NCBI RefSeq assembly: GCF_009914755.1
Contig: NC_060930.1
From: the human T2T-CHM13v2.0 reference genome, Homo sapiens
Length of the DNA: 64,000 nucleotides
Reading direction: 5' to 3' (one strand)
Both the position numbers and the translations under genes were made by a program. Positions within the stretch are counted from its first letter, which is position 1. Every line of letters starts with the position of its first letter. Positions 1-17,970 of this stretch are shown here, one piece after another. A model generated the notes under the pieces. The model saw only the letters and a list, made by a program, of their open reading frames with translations, was not told the origin of the DNA and made no database searches.

Positions 1-99
1 GTGTGAAAATTCAACATTTAGTCATAACAAAACCAATTATCAATTTAGGAATAGAAAATTCCTTAATGTTACAAAGTTATCTATAAAAAATGAATGTAG

Positions 100-900
100 C
101 ACATAAATTTGTAATATAAATGCATTGAAGGCATTCAGAAGCTAGACAAACTTGCATATTGCCTTTCTTTTCAACATTATACTCAATGTGTAAGGCAGCT
201 TTTGGCAAGAAGAACAAATAAAGCTAAAATAGAATATGGTCATTATATAAAGATATAATTATCTATATAGAAAAACCAAAATAAATGGCTGATGTATTAT
301 TTCAAGTAGTCAGTGAAATTTAGCAAAATTTTCAAAACTGTGACATAAGTCATAGTACAAAAATCAATTTCATTTATATACTCCTGCCTCAATCAAGTAG
401 AAAGCATCATTGTGAAAATAATATACAATAGGATAACAAGTGTAGCTCTCATTTTTACCCTAAGTTATTTATAAATCCAAATGAATTCCAATTAATATCT
501 CCACATAATTATTTTTCTGTCACTTTCTCTGTTCCTTTTAGAGAGTGAAACATAAGGGGATGATTCTAAATTGATACGGAACAGCAACCAAACCCTCCTA
601 AAGAAGAAAGACCTGGGGATGGAGGGGTGGGATTTACCTTACTAGTTATCAACAATTATTATAAAGCTGTATTTAATAACACAATAGGGTATTGATATCG
701 ATAGAAAAATTGAGTGAAGGGAAAGACCTACCTGCACATTGACACTTGATTTATAACAGAGTTTCACTCAAGAGCAATTGAAAAGAATAGACTTTCAAGA
801 AATTCTGTCATACATTGGTTATCTATATGAAGAAAATAAAAAATGTGTCTCCTGATGCATAGTAGATACATGTTTATGGTGAATTGTCTAGGAATGGAGA
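100..900 (+). mobile_element. Ancient L1M ORF2-region remnant (boundaries approximate)
   Basis: Degenerate L1-like motifs, e.g. 'tacaaaaatcaatttcatttatata', 'atttaccttactagttatcaacaattattataaagctgtatttaat'. Confidence 0.55.
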
Positions 901-1265
901 ATATGGCAGATGTTCACAAAGAAGGAGATACAGTTCTTTGACCTACACTCCCAAGAAATTGAGTAGTGCCTAAGTATGAATATTTGAAAATATTTGTTTG
1001 GAAATTAGAGAAAGAACAAGCTTCATGATGTTAGGGTAAAATCACCTATTTAAGAGCCTTATAAACATTTTATACTATTTTAATTTTTTTGAAGTTAAGT
1101 GTTAGTGCTTTACTTTGGTACCCTCTATGAGTTTGCTAATATCTTGGACAAAAGAAAAAAGTAGCCTTTCTATTTTTTAGAGATGAACTTCATTGTAATT
1201 GTTATGTACTATTTTAGGTACTGAAAAGACTGAAAGTGACAAAGAATAGATATCTACAGTTTTTG

Positions 1266-1562
1266 TCTGTTTCTTTGTTTTTTGTTTTTGAGATCGGTTC
1301 TCACTCTGTCACTCAGGCAGGAGTGCAGTGGTGTGATCACAGCTCCCTCAACCTCCAGGGCTCAAGTGATTCTCCCACTTCAGCCTCTTTAGTAGCTGGA
1401 ACTACAGATGTGCATCACCACACCTGCGAATTTTTTGTACTTTTTTTTTTGTAGGGACAGGGTTTCACCATGTTGCCTAGGTTGGTCTCAAATTCCTGGG
1501 TAATCTGCCTACCTTGGCCTCTCAAAGTGCTGGGATTACAGGCGTGAGCCACAGCACCCAGC
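1266..1562 (-). mobile_element. AluJ-type SINE
   Basis: Reverse Alu: T-rich tail, 'caggagtgcagtggtgtgatcacagctc', ends 'ggcgtgagccacagcacccagc'. Confidence 0.9.
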
Positions 1563-2617
1563 ATGATAGCTCCAGTTTTTATTGAGCTTATTCAAAAACG
1601 TAATCATAATAACTACAGGTAAAATTCAAATACAATTTAGTTTTGATATCTAGATGGCATTCTTTTGTGAATATCTGTAAAAACATGTTTGTGTCTGTAT
1701 GTGCATTTATTTTCGGAGTCTTAAAAGCATCTATGCGTCAATGTGATAGCACAAAAAAACTGCCAAATATTCACTGATAACACTGCATTAATTGAGCACT
1801 AGTCCGGCTTGTGTAAAACGGCTGGTGGTATTCTGTAATCACCAGTACAGTCTTCCCTCTAGAAAGTCAAATTCAATGACATTCTGTACATACTGCAGTT
1901 TTAAAAGTATCATTCCACTCTTAAGACATTAAAAACTGCATTATAAACATTCATAGTTGTGATGTGACTTCAGTCTGGAAGGACAAATGTACAAATGTAT
2001 TCTTAGATTTACTCAAATGTTTACGTATCATTTTATAATGACTAGAATGGACTATAGTAGGTCCCTTGACTCTGTGGCTGCCTTAAATGGACAATTTCTA
2101 AATTATTTTAACATTCCAAAGGATTCTTTGGCTTTTGAACTATCCATCTAATTTACTTCTAAAATGAGAACTTGAGACAACTCAGTGTGTCCAGGCAAAT
2201 CTTTGTATCTATTTATGTTTGTATGCATGCACACATCTTAACATCTGTATCTGTTGAATATCAGTTCTTTATGTTTTACTATTACTGTTTCTACTGTCTG
2301 TTTCTTTTCTTTCTTTCTTTCTTTTTTTAGTTAATACGGGATAAAGTGAGCCCTGGAAATACGTGTTAGGCCACAAAATACACAGAAGTATATAGCGGTT
2401 CAAGTTCATGAAGGCTTGTTCTGTGCCTCACTTTATGGTGTTTTTCTGAGTGTAAAAAAAGAACAAATCATAGTTCTTTATTCCTTCCTGCCCAAAATAA
2501 GTAAATAAATAAAGCAATATGAGATGGCAAGATAATACCTTTGTAAGTTCACATAGAGAAGAATTCCTTAAGCCTGTTATCACTGATTACTTCAAGTACA
2601 TTAAGAGTAAACCACTT

Positions 2618-2924
<307 letters not shown>

Positions 2925-3312
2925 TTAATGGTAATGAAAACAAAAGTTACAAACTGGAGAAAATACATACAACACACAGAAGCGATCAATGTAAGTATTC
3001 AGAATGAATGAATAACTGAGCTGAATCATGTAAAAAGACATCTGATAAAAATAACAAAATGGATATATAGGCAGTTCACATGGTAGGAAAACCAAATAAT
3101 CAATAAGCATGTGAGAAGATGTCCAATCTTAATTTGTTGCCAGGAACACATAAATTCATAACATGATATATACCATTTTGTGCATACTAGACTGGCCAAC
3201 ACAAATGGTCTGGCAACACCAAGTGTTGGTGAGGATACAGAGTAAGGAGAGCACAGAGGCACTGCTGTTGGAAGTGGATATCAGTGAACGACTTAAAAAA
3301 ATTTTGACTTCA

Positions 3313-4775
<1,463 letters not shown>

Positions 4776-6502
4776 TATATAGAATATTTGAAGATATTAA
4801 TACTCTATGATCCAAGAATTCCACTCCTGTGCATGTCCACCAGGAGATAAGTGGAAGAATATTCTTAGTAGCCTATGCAATAGCAAAACTTTGAAAACAA
4901 TCAAAATACTCATCAATGTTAGAATAAAAATATATTACAGTAAAATCATGTTAGAAGATAGATATGTATTCATGCAATGATGTAAATGAATATTGAGAAT
5001 ATAAAAGATGAAAAAAATAAATTGTAGCAGAATATCTGTTCAAAATTTATTTCTTTACAATTCAAAACAAAGTGACATTTTGCTTAGAAGTTTGAAATTT
5101 TATAGTAAAAGCAACCAAAAGGAAATGGAGAAAATAAAGTTTGGGTTACTAGATTGGGAAGAAAAGAAATTGGTAAGGGCACACAAGAATCTACAGTGTG
5201 AGACTTTTTTTTTTTTTTAACATTTATCTCAATACTACTGCACGTAGGTGTTCAGGCTATCGTTATTCTTTATACCTGACAACAGATAGTTTATAAATAT
5301 TACATTGAATCTGCTCACTATTTAATAAATTCTTAAAATATTTATTCTTCAAAACCTATTTTAAGCATTAAAAGAAAATAATACCCCTTTCAATATTCTG
5401 CCATAGAAACAGGCAAGCTCTTGCCTGTTCAGATTTCTTGAATGCGGAATCCCATTTGACTTTTGCATACCCTTGATAGATCTCAGAGTATATCTAAGGC
5501 ATTGTGTTTATTTTAACAATGTCAAACAATTAAAAGAATTCTCACAGATAAAGCTCTTCTTTCACTTAGCAATTTATTCAACTATCCAGTATGTACTATT
5601 TTTAAGTTCCTTCTGTATGCTAAGCATGAGGAAGGTTAATGCCCTCTCACTGTTTACAATTTTAGTAGCAGTCATAAGACTAGTCCAAGACAGCTCTTTT
5701 GCAAGGCAGTATGAACAGAGCGCTGCCTGAGGAGCAAAAATGCAGGTGCTTTAAGAGTTGAAAGGTGGAAGAATGATTGCTGGAGTAATCATGCAGTTGT
5801 TTCAATACTGTTGCTGCCCGGGGAACTTTATATGCAAATTTCTAGGGTTAGGATCAAGAACTTGGAAGAAGGTCTCAGGAAGGAAATTGAATGTCATAAT
5901 AAGAAAATGAGTGGAAGTGAGACTTCTTTTAAACAACAGCTGTCAGATTCTCTCTGGTGAAGCAAAACACTGCCTGAGACAGATGGGATGATGTCCATCA
6001 TCTCAACTATGAGTTTAATTTAGATTGACATTCTGACCCCATTTAACTATGCAGGCTTTGGTAATGTGTCCTAAGTTCAGGCACGGCACGCAAGATGCTG
6101 TGTATTGTACTAACATAAGGTGGTGAAATTGTTTATGCATGTGTTTGTGGGGGTTGGTGGCAGTGTGTACACATATGTGTATGTATGCATGTCTGTGTTT
6201 GTGTGATAAATGAAGTATGGAAGTAGCTAGGAGTATGAAACGAGAGTGGGACTCTCCTTACAGGCAGCGCTTATCAAATAAAAATGCGACAAGCACACAC
6301 TGGGCTAAACAATACTTTTTCGTTCTAATCTTTCCCTTGGGGAAGATCAACTCCTAAGTAGTTGATTTCCTGATATACTGATCAAACCCTAAGCGTTTGC
6401 CTAATCTGTAGACCTTCATATCAAATTTCCTGCTGGAGAGCTCCATATGGTTTACCAATAGACATTTCACACTCCACATGTTCAAAAAAAAGTCCTCACC
6501 TG

Positions 6503-7113
<611 letters not shown>

Positions 7114-7399
7114 AGTTTTTAAATTTGACTTCACTCACCTCAAAAAATTAATGCCAGTGTCATTAATGCCAGTTCATCAGTTTCTTCAGTTGCTCATCCT
7201 TGAAACACAGAGACATCTGCAACAACTTGTTTTCACTCAATACTTAGGACTAGTTACTGAATTATACCATTTGCCTCTGTAACTTCTTCATCATTCATCT
7301 TGTCCTTGGTATTTTCATTGACGCTGCATGGCTTTATGTTCTCATGATTTTTCTCATTTTATGTATAGTGTCCCATTTTCCTACACCTCTATCTTTTCA

Positions 7400-7765
<366 letters not shown>

Positions 7766-8553
7766 TCAAATTAAATACCTGGCACTTTCCCTTACACTCA
7801 AGGCCATCCAGTATAGCCTACTCTAAATTTCCTTTTGTCAAGTTTTCTACTCTGTAGTTCAACTGTTTAATTTATAAATATAAAGAATATTCTATACGTT
7901 GCCATCTCTGATTTTGTCCATGTTCCTTCTATGTGGAATTCCTTCATCTCATACTTATCTGTCAAAGTCCCATGCATACCTCAAACGGTCCTTTTATAAA
8001 GGCTTTATTTTTTCTAGGTCACAAAGCCATACATTCCCTATTTTTAAAATGTTTCTTTTTTTTTTTTGTATTTTTTATTGGCGACTTAACTATTCTCAAC
8101 TTCTCCATATGTCAGGCATAAAATGAGACAGAAATTGAAAAGATAAATATGACAGAGTCATACACACATATGTGTCATCAGTATTAGATGTATTACTTCA
8201 GTATAAAACAGTCAGACATCATAGTTACACATAAAAGATTAGCTTATTTTGAAATAATAGTAGTATCAGTGAGGCCATGATACTCTCTTTTAGTCTAGGA
8301 TTACATTTCTTTAAATCTTTCTCCTGAAAAATTTTAATACTTCTATTTATTTTTAACCTTCTCTCTCTGTCTCTCTCTCTATATATATCTAAATAAAATA
8401 TATATATGTGTGTATGTGTGTGTCTGTGTATGTGTGTATATGTGTATATATAGGTGTATCTATATAGAGATACAGATATAATATCTAATAATACACACAC
8501 AACGCTTCAGACATTTTATTATTATTATAGTGTCTAATATTACACACATATAT

Positions 8554-11340
8554 CTCTCTATATAGATATATATTCTCTATATCTCTATAGATATAGAGAA
8601 TATATATTCTCTATATATCTCTATAGATATAGAGAATATATATTCTCTATATATCTCTATAGATATAGAAAATATATATTCTCTATATATCTCTATAGAT
8701 ATAGAGAATATATATTCTCTACATCTATCTCTATAGATATAGAGAATATATATTCTCTACATCTATCTCTATAGATATAGAGAATATATATTCTCTACAT
8801 CTATCTCTATAGATATAGAGAATATATATTCTCTACATCTATCTCTATAGATATAGAGAATATATATTCTCTACATCTATCTCTATAGATATAGAGAATA
8901 TATATTCTCTACATCTATCTCTATAGATATAGAGAATATATATTCTCTACATCTATCTCTATAGATATAGAGAATATATATTCTCTACATCTATCTCTAT
9001 AGATATAGAGAATATATATTCTCTACATCTATCTCTATAGATATAGAGAATATATATTCTCTACATCTATCTCTATAGATATAGAGAATATATATTCTCT
9101 ACATCTATCTCTATAGATATAGAGAATATATATTCTCTACATCTATCTCTATAGATATAGAGAATATATATTCTCTACATCTATCTCTATAGAGAATATA
9201 TATTCTCTGTCTATCTCTATAGATATAGAGAATATATATTCTCTATGTCTATCTCTATAGATATAGAGAATATATATTCTCTATGTCTATCTCTTTAGAT
9301 AGATATATATATTCTCTCTCTATATATTCTCTATATATATCTCTATATCTATAGAGATATATATTCTCTATATATATCTCTATATCTATAGAGATATATA
9401 TTCTCTATATATATCTCTATATCTATAGAGATATATATTCTCTATATATATCTCTATATCTATAGAGATATATATTCTCTATATATATCTCTATATCTGT
9501 AGAGATATATATTCTCTATATATATCTCTATATCTGTAGAGATATATATTCTCTATATATATCTCTATATCTGTAGAGATATATATTCTCTATATCTCTC
9601 TATATCTGTAGAGATATATATTCTCTATATATCTCTCTATATCTGTAGAGATATATATTCTCTATATATCTCTCTATATCTGTAGAGATATATGTTCTCT
9701 ATATATCTCTCTATATCTGTAGAGATATATGTTCTCTATATATCTCTCTATATCTGTAGAGATATATGTTCTCTATATATCTCTCTATATCTGTAGAGAT
9801 ATATGTTCTCTATATATCTCTCTATATCTGTAGAGATATATGTTCTCTACATATCTCTATATCTATAGAGATATATGTTCTCTACATATCTCTATATCTA
9901 TAGAGATATATGTTCTCTACATAACTCTATATCTATAGAGATATATGTTCTCTACATATCTCTATATCTATAGAGATATATGTTCTCTACATATCTCTAT
10001 ATCTATAGAGATATATGTTCTCTACATATCTCTATATCTATAGAGATATATGTTCTCTACATATCTCTATATCTATAGAGATATATGTTCTCTACATATC
10101 TCTATAGATATAGAGATATATGTTCTCTACATATCTCTATAGATATAGAGATATATGTTCTCTACATATCTCTATAGATATAGAGATATATGTTCTCTAC
10201 ATATCTCTATAGATATAGAGATATATGTTCTCTACATATCTCTATAGATATAGAGATATATGTTCTCTACATATCTCTATAGATATAGAGATATATGTTC
10301 TCTACATATCTCTATAGATATAGAGATATATGTTCTCTACATATCTCTATAGATATAGAGCTATATGTTCTCTACATATCTCTATAGATATAGAGCTATA
10401 TGTTCTCTACATATCTCTATAGATATAGAGCTATATGTTCTCTACATATCTCTATAGATATAGAGCTATATGTTCTCTACATATCTCTATAGATATAGAG
10501 CTATATGTTCTCTACATATCTCTATAGATATAGAGCTATATGTTCTCTACATATCTCTATAGATATAGAGCTATATGTTCTCTACATATCTCTATCGATA
10601 TAGAGCTATATGTTCTCTACATATCTCTATCGATATAGAGCTATATGTTCTCTACATATCTCTATCGATATAGAGCTATATGTTCTCTACATATCTCTAT
10701 CGATATAGAGCTATATGTTCTCTACATATCTCTATCGATATAGAGCTATATGTTCTCTACATATCTCTATCGATATAGAGATATATGTTCTCTACATATC
10801 TCTATCGATATAGAGATATATGTTCTCTACATATCTCTATCGATATAGAGATATATGTTCTCTACATATCTCTATCGATATAGAGATATATGTTCTCTAC
10901 ATATCTCTATCGATATAGAGATATATGTTCTCTACATATCTCTATCGATATAGAGATATATGTTCTCTACATATCTCTATCGATATAGAGATATATGTTC
11001 TCTACATATCTCTATCGATATAGAGATATATGTTCTCTACATATCTCTATCGATATAGAGATATATGTTCTCTACATATCTCTATCGATATAGAGATATA
11101 TGTTCTCTACATATCTCTATCGATATAGAGATATATGTTCTCTACATATCTCTATCGATATAGAGATATATGTTCTCTACATATCTCTATAGATATAGAG
11201 ATATATGTTCTCTACATATCTCTATAGATATAGAGATATATGTTCTCTACATATCTCTATAGATATAGAGATATATGTTCTCTACATATCTCTATAGATA
11301 TAGAGATATATGTTCTCTATATATCTCTATAGATATATGT
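8554..11340. repeat. Compound AT-rich palindromic minisatellite, about 2.8 kb (36/38-, 37- and 35-bp units)
   Basis: 38-mer atctatctctatagatatagagaatatatattctctac (~8690-9190); 37-mers (~9330-9840); 35-mer atatctctat[loop]atagagatatatgttctctac (~9840-11320). Confidence 0.98.
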
Positions 11341-11863
11341 TATCTATATAAATATATATTCTCTCTATATATAATTACATACACACATATATATGTATGT
11401 AATATTAGACAAAATCTCTAATAGCAAGACAAACATGCAACCCTTCCGACATTTTATTGTTATTAGATATAGTGTCTAATATTACACATATGGCACAAGC
11501 CTAGAAGAAAGCAATAGTAATAGATCATTTATCTGTGTTAATTAAAGAGGTAAAATCGTTATCTAGCAAAATATGTTGAATTTAACAAACTGCATCCAGA
11601 AAAAATTCTCTAGTTTTACCATTTCTAGAAGAGGATGCAATTTTTGTTCTTTTAAGTTTTGTTCTATGTGTGTGGGGTTGGGAAGGGAATGGGGGTGAAG
11701 GCGTGGCTGAGAGAATAAAAGCCTTGAGAAAAGAGGGCTTGCCTTGCTCCTTATGCTGGAGAGATGTCCAGGAGGTACCACGGTTGGTAGTGCTGCCTAC
11801 AAAGGATGTTACAGTTGAATTTGTCAAGTTCGTTTCTTAGACAGCCCTGCTCTGGTCTAGCCC

Positions 11864-11947
11864 AAGCTCTCATGTGTCCCCTGGTCACGCTATTTGAGGT
11901 TTACTATGGAACCTCAAGTAGTCTGACCAGGGGACACATGAGAGCTT
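11864..11947. repeat. 84-bp inverted repeat (hairpin)
   Basis: Perfect 24-bp arms 11864-11887 (aagctctcatgtgtcccctggtca) and 11924-11947; then a C/C mismatch, a 13-bp inner stem with two G-T pairs, and an 8-nt loop. Confidence 0.95.
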
Positions 11948-13841
11948 TTCATTGATTGCATTCCCACAAGCATATTTCCGTCACAAGTGGGGCATGTATC
12001 TCTTGTTTGGTTTGTTTTTAGTTTCAATAGCATATAACTTGCTTATTTCGCTTCTATGGATACTACCTGTGCCACTAAATAGGTCCCCTTAAACCTCTTG
12101 CAAAAAAGAAGGAAGTATTATTTACTCTACTTTTCTCTTTTAACCCTGAAATGAACATACACATTGTTAAAAATATTTATGGCATTTTATTGCTACTAAT
12201 TATGAAAAAAAAAAGAAACAGCAGGAAACACAAAAGAGCAAATGTCGGTCTACATTTAAAGCAACCATAATGAGGACTCTCCCAGTGTTTTTTCAACTTC
12301 CTTAATCTATGGACCATTTTCAGCTAAAAAATAATTAATGATAAGTACACTTTAATTCTAAGTATCAATTTTTATAATATCAGCTAAAAACATACCAACA
12401 AAACTTATATATGTTTTGATATAATTGTATAAAATAAAATTTTTATGTAAAATAAGATATAAACTTATTTTACTTATAGCTCTGAAATCTATTAAATTTC
12501 ATTTTCAAATAAAATACTAAAGCTTCCTACCAAATCACTAAAATTCAAATTAACAACATTAATTTAATATGCCATAGATTATAATTTTTATAAAAAAATA
12601 CAATTACCAATGAAATTAAAACTATGAAGCAATACTTTCTCACTTTTGTCATTCTTATTTTGACCCTTATTTAAATTATAGTAGTTATCGTTGCCTTTAT
12701 TTTTGCCTTTAAAAAACTCAAAATTTTAACTATCAGGGAATTATTTTGAAGATCCAATCAATTCAATCATATTCATAAAAGGCAAAAAAATTTTGGAGTA
12801 TGAAGTCCTTTATTATATATTTAGTATCATCATTACTTGTTCAAAATTAAATCTATACAACACATCTGCCAGTGAAATAATTATGACACTGACTGCTACA
12901 GTACAGGTTCTGTTGAGTTCTTCAGAGTTGAAAGACCATGTGCTATTTGGTGACAATTTCCCCCCTACTATGCCTTATGTAAATGGCTGTAAAAGCTTTA
13001 TTTGTACAGCTTGCCATGATGTAATTTGTCCTTTACTTGGGGCCAATGCAAATGCAAACTCCAGGACTTCAGTAAAGCAGTGGGACATGGGTATAAATTG
13101 GTCATACAAACAATCTTTGGTATGCTCATATATATGGGTGTAAGATTATCAAAATAAATGTAGAAAATTCAAAATTCTCTTAAAACTAAGAAGTCAATCT
13201 CCAGAAATCGTAAGAGTGATAATTCTTTCTTTTATATACACTCCTTGGCACTTTTTCATGTTCTAGTTCAATTAAGAGAAAAACAAAAAAGTTGTAAAAT
13301 GCTAAGTCATTCAGGATTTCTCCAGATTCCAATATTATTTATGGCTCAAGGTAGATCCAAATAAAAATGAGAGTGTTACTGTTTTACACAGGAAATATCA
13401 ACTTAGGTCATTTCCCAACAGTTACACAATCCAAAGTAAATTGAATGGATCTTAAATATTTAAAAAATATATTCATTTGAGGAAAAAAAATGAAGCTTAA
13501 GACTTAGAGGAGATCTGAATTTATTTGCTAAGTAGGTAGTGAACAATTCATTTGTTCATTAAAGTTTTCTGGAGTATTTATCCTATGACATGCACTGGAA
13601 CAGTTTTACCATTGTGTAGTTACATCTACTTTGATTTCAGTTCTCTGGAAATGTTACTATAGATAATGACCAGATGGAGCCTTAAGTTATTTGTAAGCTC
13701 TATATTCTATAATTCTAATTACGCTGCATTGTTGTATTGCCTCTGTTTTATCCCTCTGATTTTCAATAAACTGTAAAGTCTTTGAATGTTATATGTATAT
13801 TTATTTATATATATGCATACAATCACAACCAAAAGAAGTAA

Positions 13842-14024
<183 letters not shown>

Positions 14025-15366
14025 TCAAATTTTAGAGTAAATGATAGAATAATATTCACTCTATGAATACTCAATAAATGTTGTATTTAGTAAAGATGTA
14101 TTAATGATAGAACATGAACTTTCCAATAAAAATTAATGCAGAGAAGAATGCTCATTTTTATTTTACTTATAATAAATTTAATACCGTTCCAACTTAGATT
14201 TCTTTCTAGCTAAAAGGATATCATAGTAATCCATCATAGTAGTCTTACAGATTAAAGAAAAGATTACTTGGGTAAAAATAAAAGCACCAAGATTTTTCTA
14301 AGGGATTTTTATGTACATTTTGCCTTATGTCATAATGTGGACAACCATCCCTACTTACATCAAAATTTAATTAGCAAATCATAGGTTTAATTATCATCTA
14401 CTACCTGTGTTTCCACAATAATTCATTTCTGCTCAAACTATATCATGATATATCAGGCTATGATTTTGACTATTGCCAAAAAGTAAAGTTTGATATTGTA
14501 TTGCATTCTACACTTTTCCCAGACAGAAATAAGAGGTAATGCATTATCAAACATGGTAAAAATCATCATGTTCTAAAGCTACAGATAAAGATGCATGTGA
14601 TACAGGCATACAAGAGTAATCCCAGAATTAAGAACAAGGTAAAATAATAAAAATGTGGTAAAGTTAAAGAAAAAGAAAACTCTTATTAATATTATTTCTA
14701 TCAGGTATTGCCTGCAATCAAGACCTTTTTAAACTAGCATTGGAAAGGGATGGCCACAGTTCATATCATCCTTTCCCAAACATATTTCAATCAGGCTCTT
14801 TGAGGTCTTTTGTTTCAAGGAAATTAGCTCTGATTTAATAGTTTGAGAAAAAAAACGACAACAGTATTCACTGTATCTTCAGGTTGGCTCCACACTTATG
14901 AAGCAAAGGATTGAAAAGTAAGATTTGAGTAGGATTTGACAATATTGAATGAAAACATTAAAAGCAAAAAAGAAAAAGCAAGACATTTATTCAGTTCTGA
15001 CACATACTCAACTTTTAGATGATATGAATAAATTTAATCTTGGAGTCCAGATAATTGAGGTCACTTATGTAGCTTACTTTAGTTTAGCTAGATGTTGGCT
15101 TTTTGTTTTTTTGTTTTGTCCTAAAAAAAATGGTGGGAAAAAGAAAACATGGAATTGGTGTTTACAAACTTAGTTGCTGACAAAGGGCTGAACTTGAGGT
15201 ATAGATTGGATCATTTAGCAGATGGCTTCTTAAAAGCAAGGTCTTGTTTTAAAATTATTTTCAAAGTATATCTTTGGCAGGAGAGGCGAGAGAGAGGATA
15301 GATCTGAGCAATAAGAAATCAATCTGTTGCATTACTCTTTTCAGCCTCCAGATGAGTTTAATTCTT

Positions 15367-17266
<1,900 letters not shown>

Positions 17267-17970
17267 TAATGCTTTCTTCATTGCCACCACCTTACACTTT
17301 TCTGTTCTCTATTTGGCCTTTGAAAATTTAGGTTATTATCTTAAAATTTTCTCCCTCAGGAATTTGTCTTTCTTGACTTCATTAACTTACTAAAATTAGT
17401 TCTCAGAATTAAATGTGGCCAGTAAACTTCACAGGGCATATGCAAATTTACAGGCATATATAAAGACATTTTCACTGGTTATATGAAATTTTCAAAAATA
17501 CCAGTAAGTAATTGATTCAATTAATTCCTATGAAAATAGATCTGTTATTTTCCCATTATTCCAAAGCTTTAAGTAAAGAACTTGATTTCAAAACATTTTT
17601 CAAATTTGCACACTATTTGACATAGTCAACATTATTTCCCTCCCCCTTAAGCTGACACCAAGTAAACCTATAAAAAATAATATATAGAGATAAATTATAA
17701 TAGTGATTATAGAAAAAAGGGGGAATTTAGCAATTTCCAAATTAATCAAGTGTTAAATCAAACTTTATAACTCATGTCAATATCTGCTTTGTCTTTGATT
17801 GATTTGTCTTGTGTGTATATATATGCTTTGGTAAAATTAAACAGATAATCACAAACTCTGCTCTTACTTTTTCATATTGCAAAAACCACAGTCCAAATGA
17901 AGTAAATCAATAAAATAAACTATAAAATAAAGTTTGTGTATGGATTACAAGCATTCAGGACATAGATATA

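Noticed and set aside
2300-2548. Polypyrimidine tract plus AG at 2330 with a downstream gtaagt as an exon
   Set aside because: The tract is a simple (TTTC)n-like repeat; no coding or other support
8554-11340. CRISPR-like array (35-38-bp palindromic repeats)
   Set aside because: No unique spacers, no cas genes, primate context; it is a head-to-tail minisatellite
11563-11827. Two minus-strand ORFs next to the hairpin
   Set aside because: Non-ATG starts, no recognisable homology or splice context
12793-13143. 116-aa ORF as a coding exon
   Set aside because: TTG start, no recognisable domain; the long antisense frame has an internal stop
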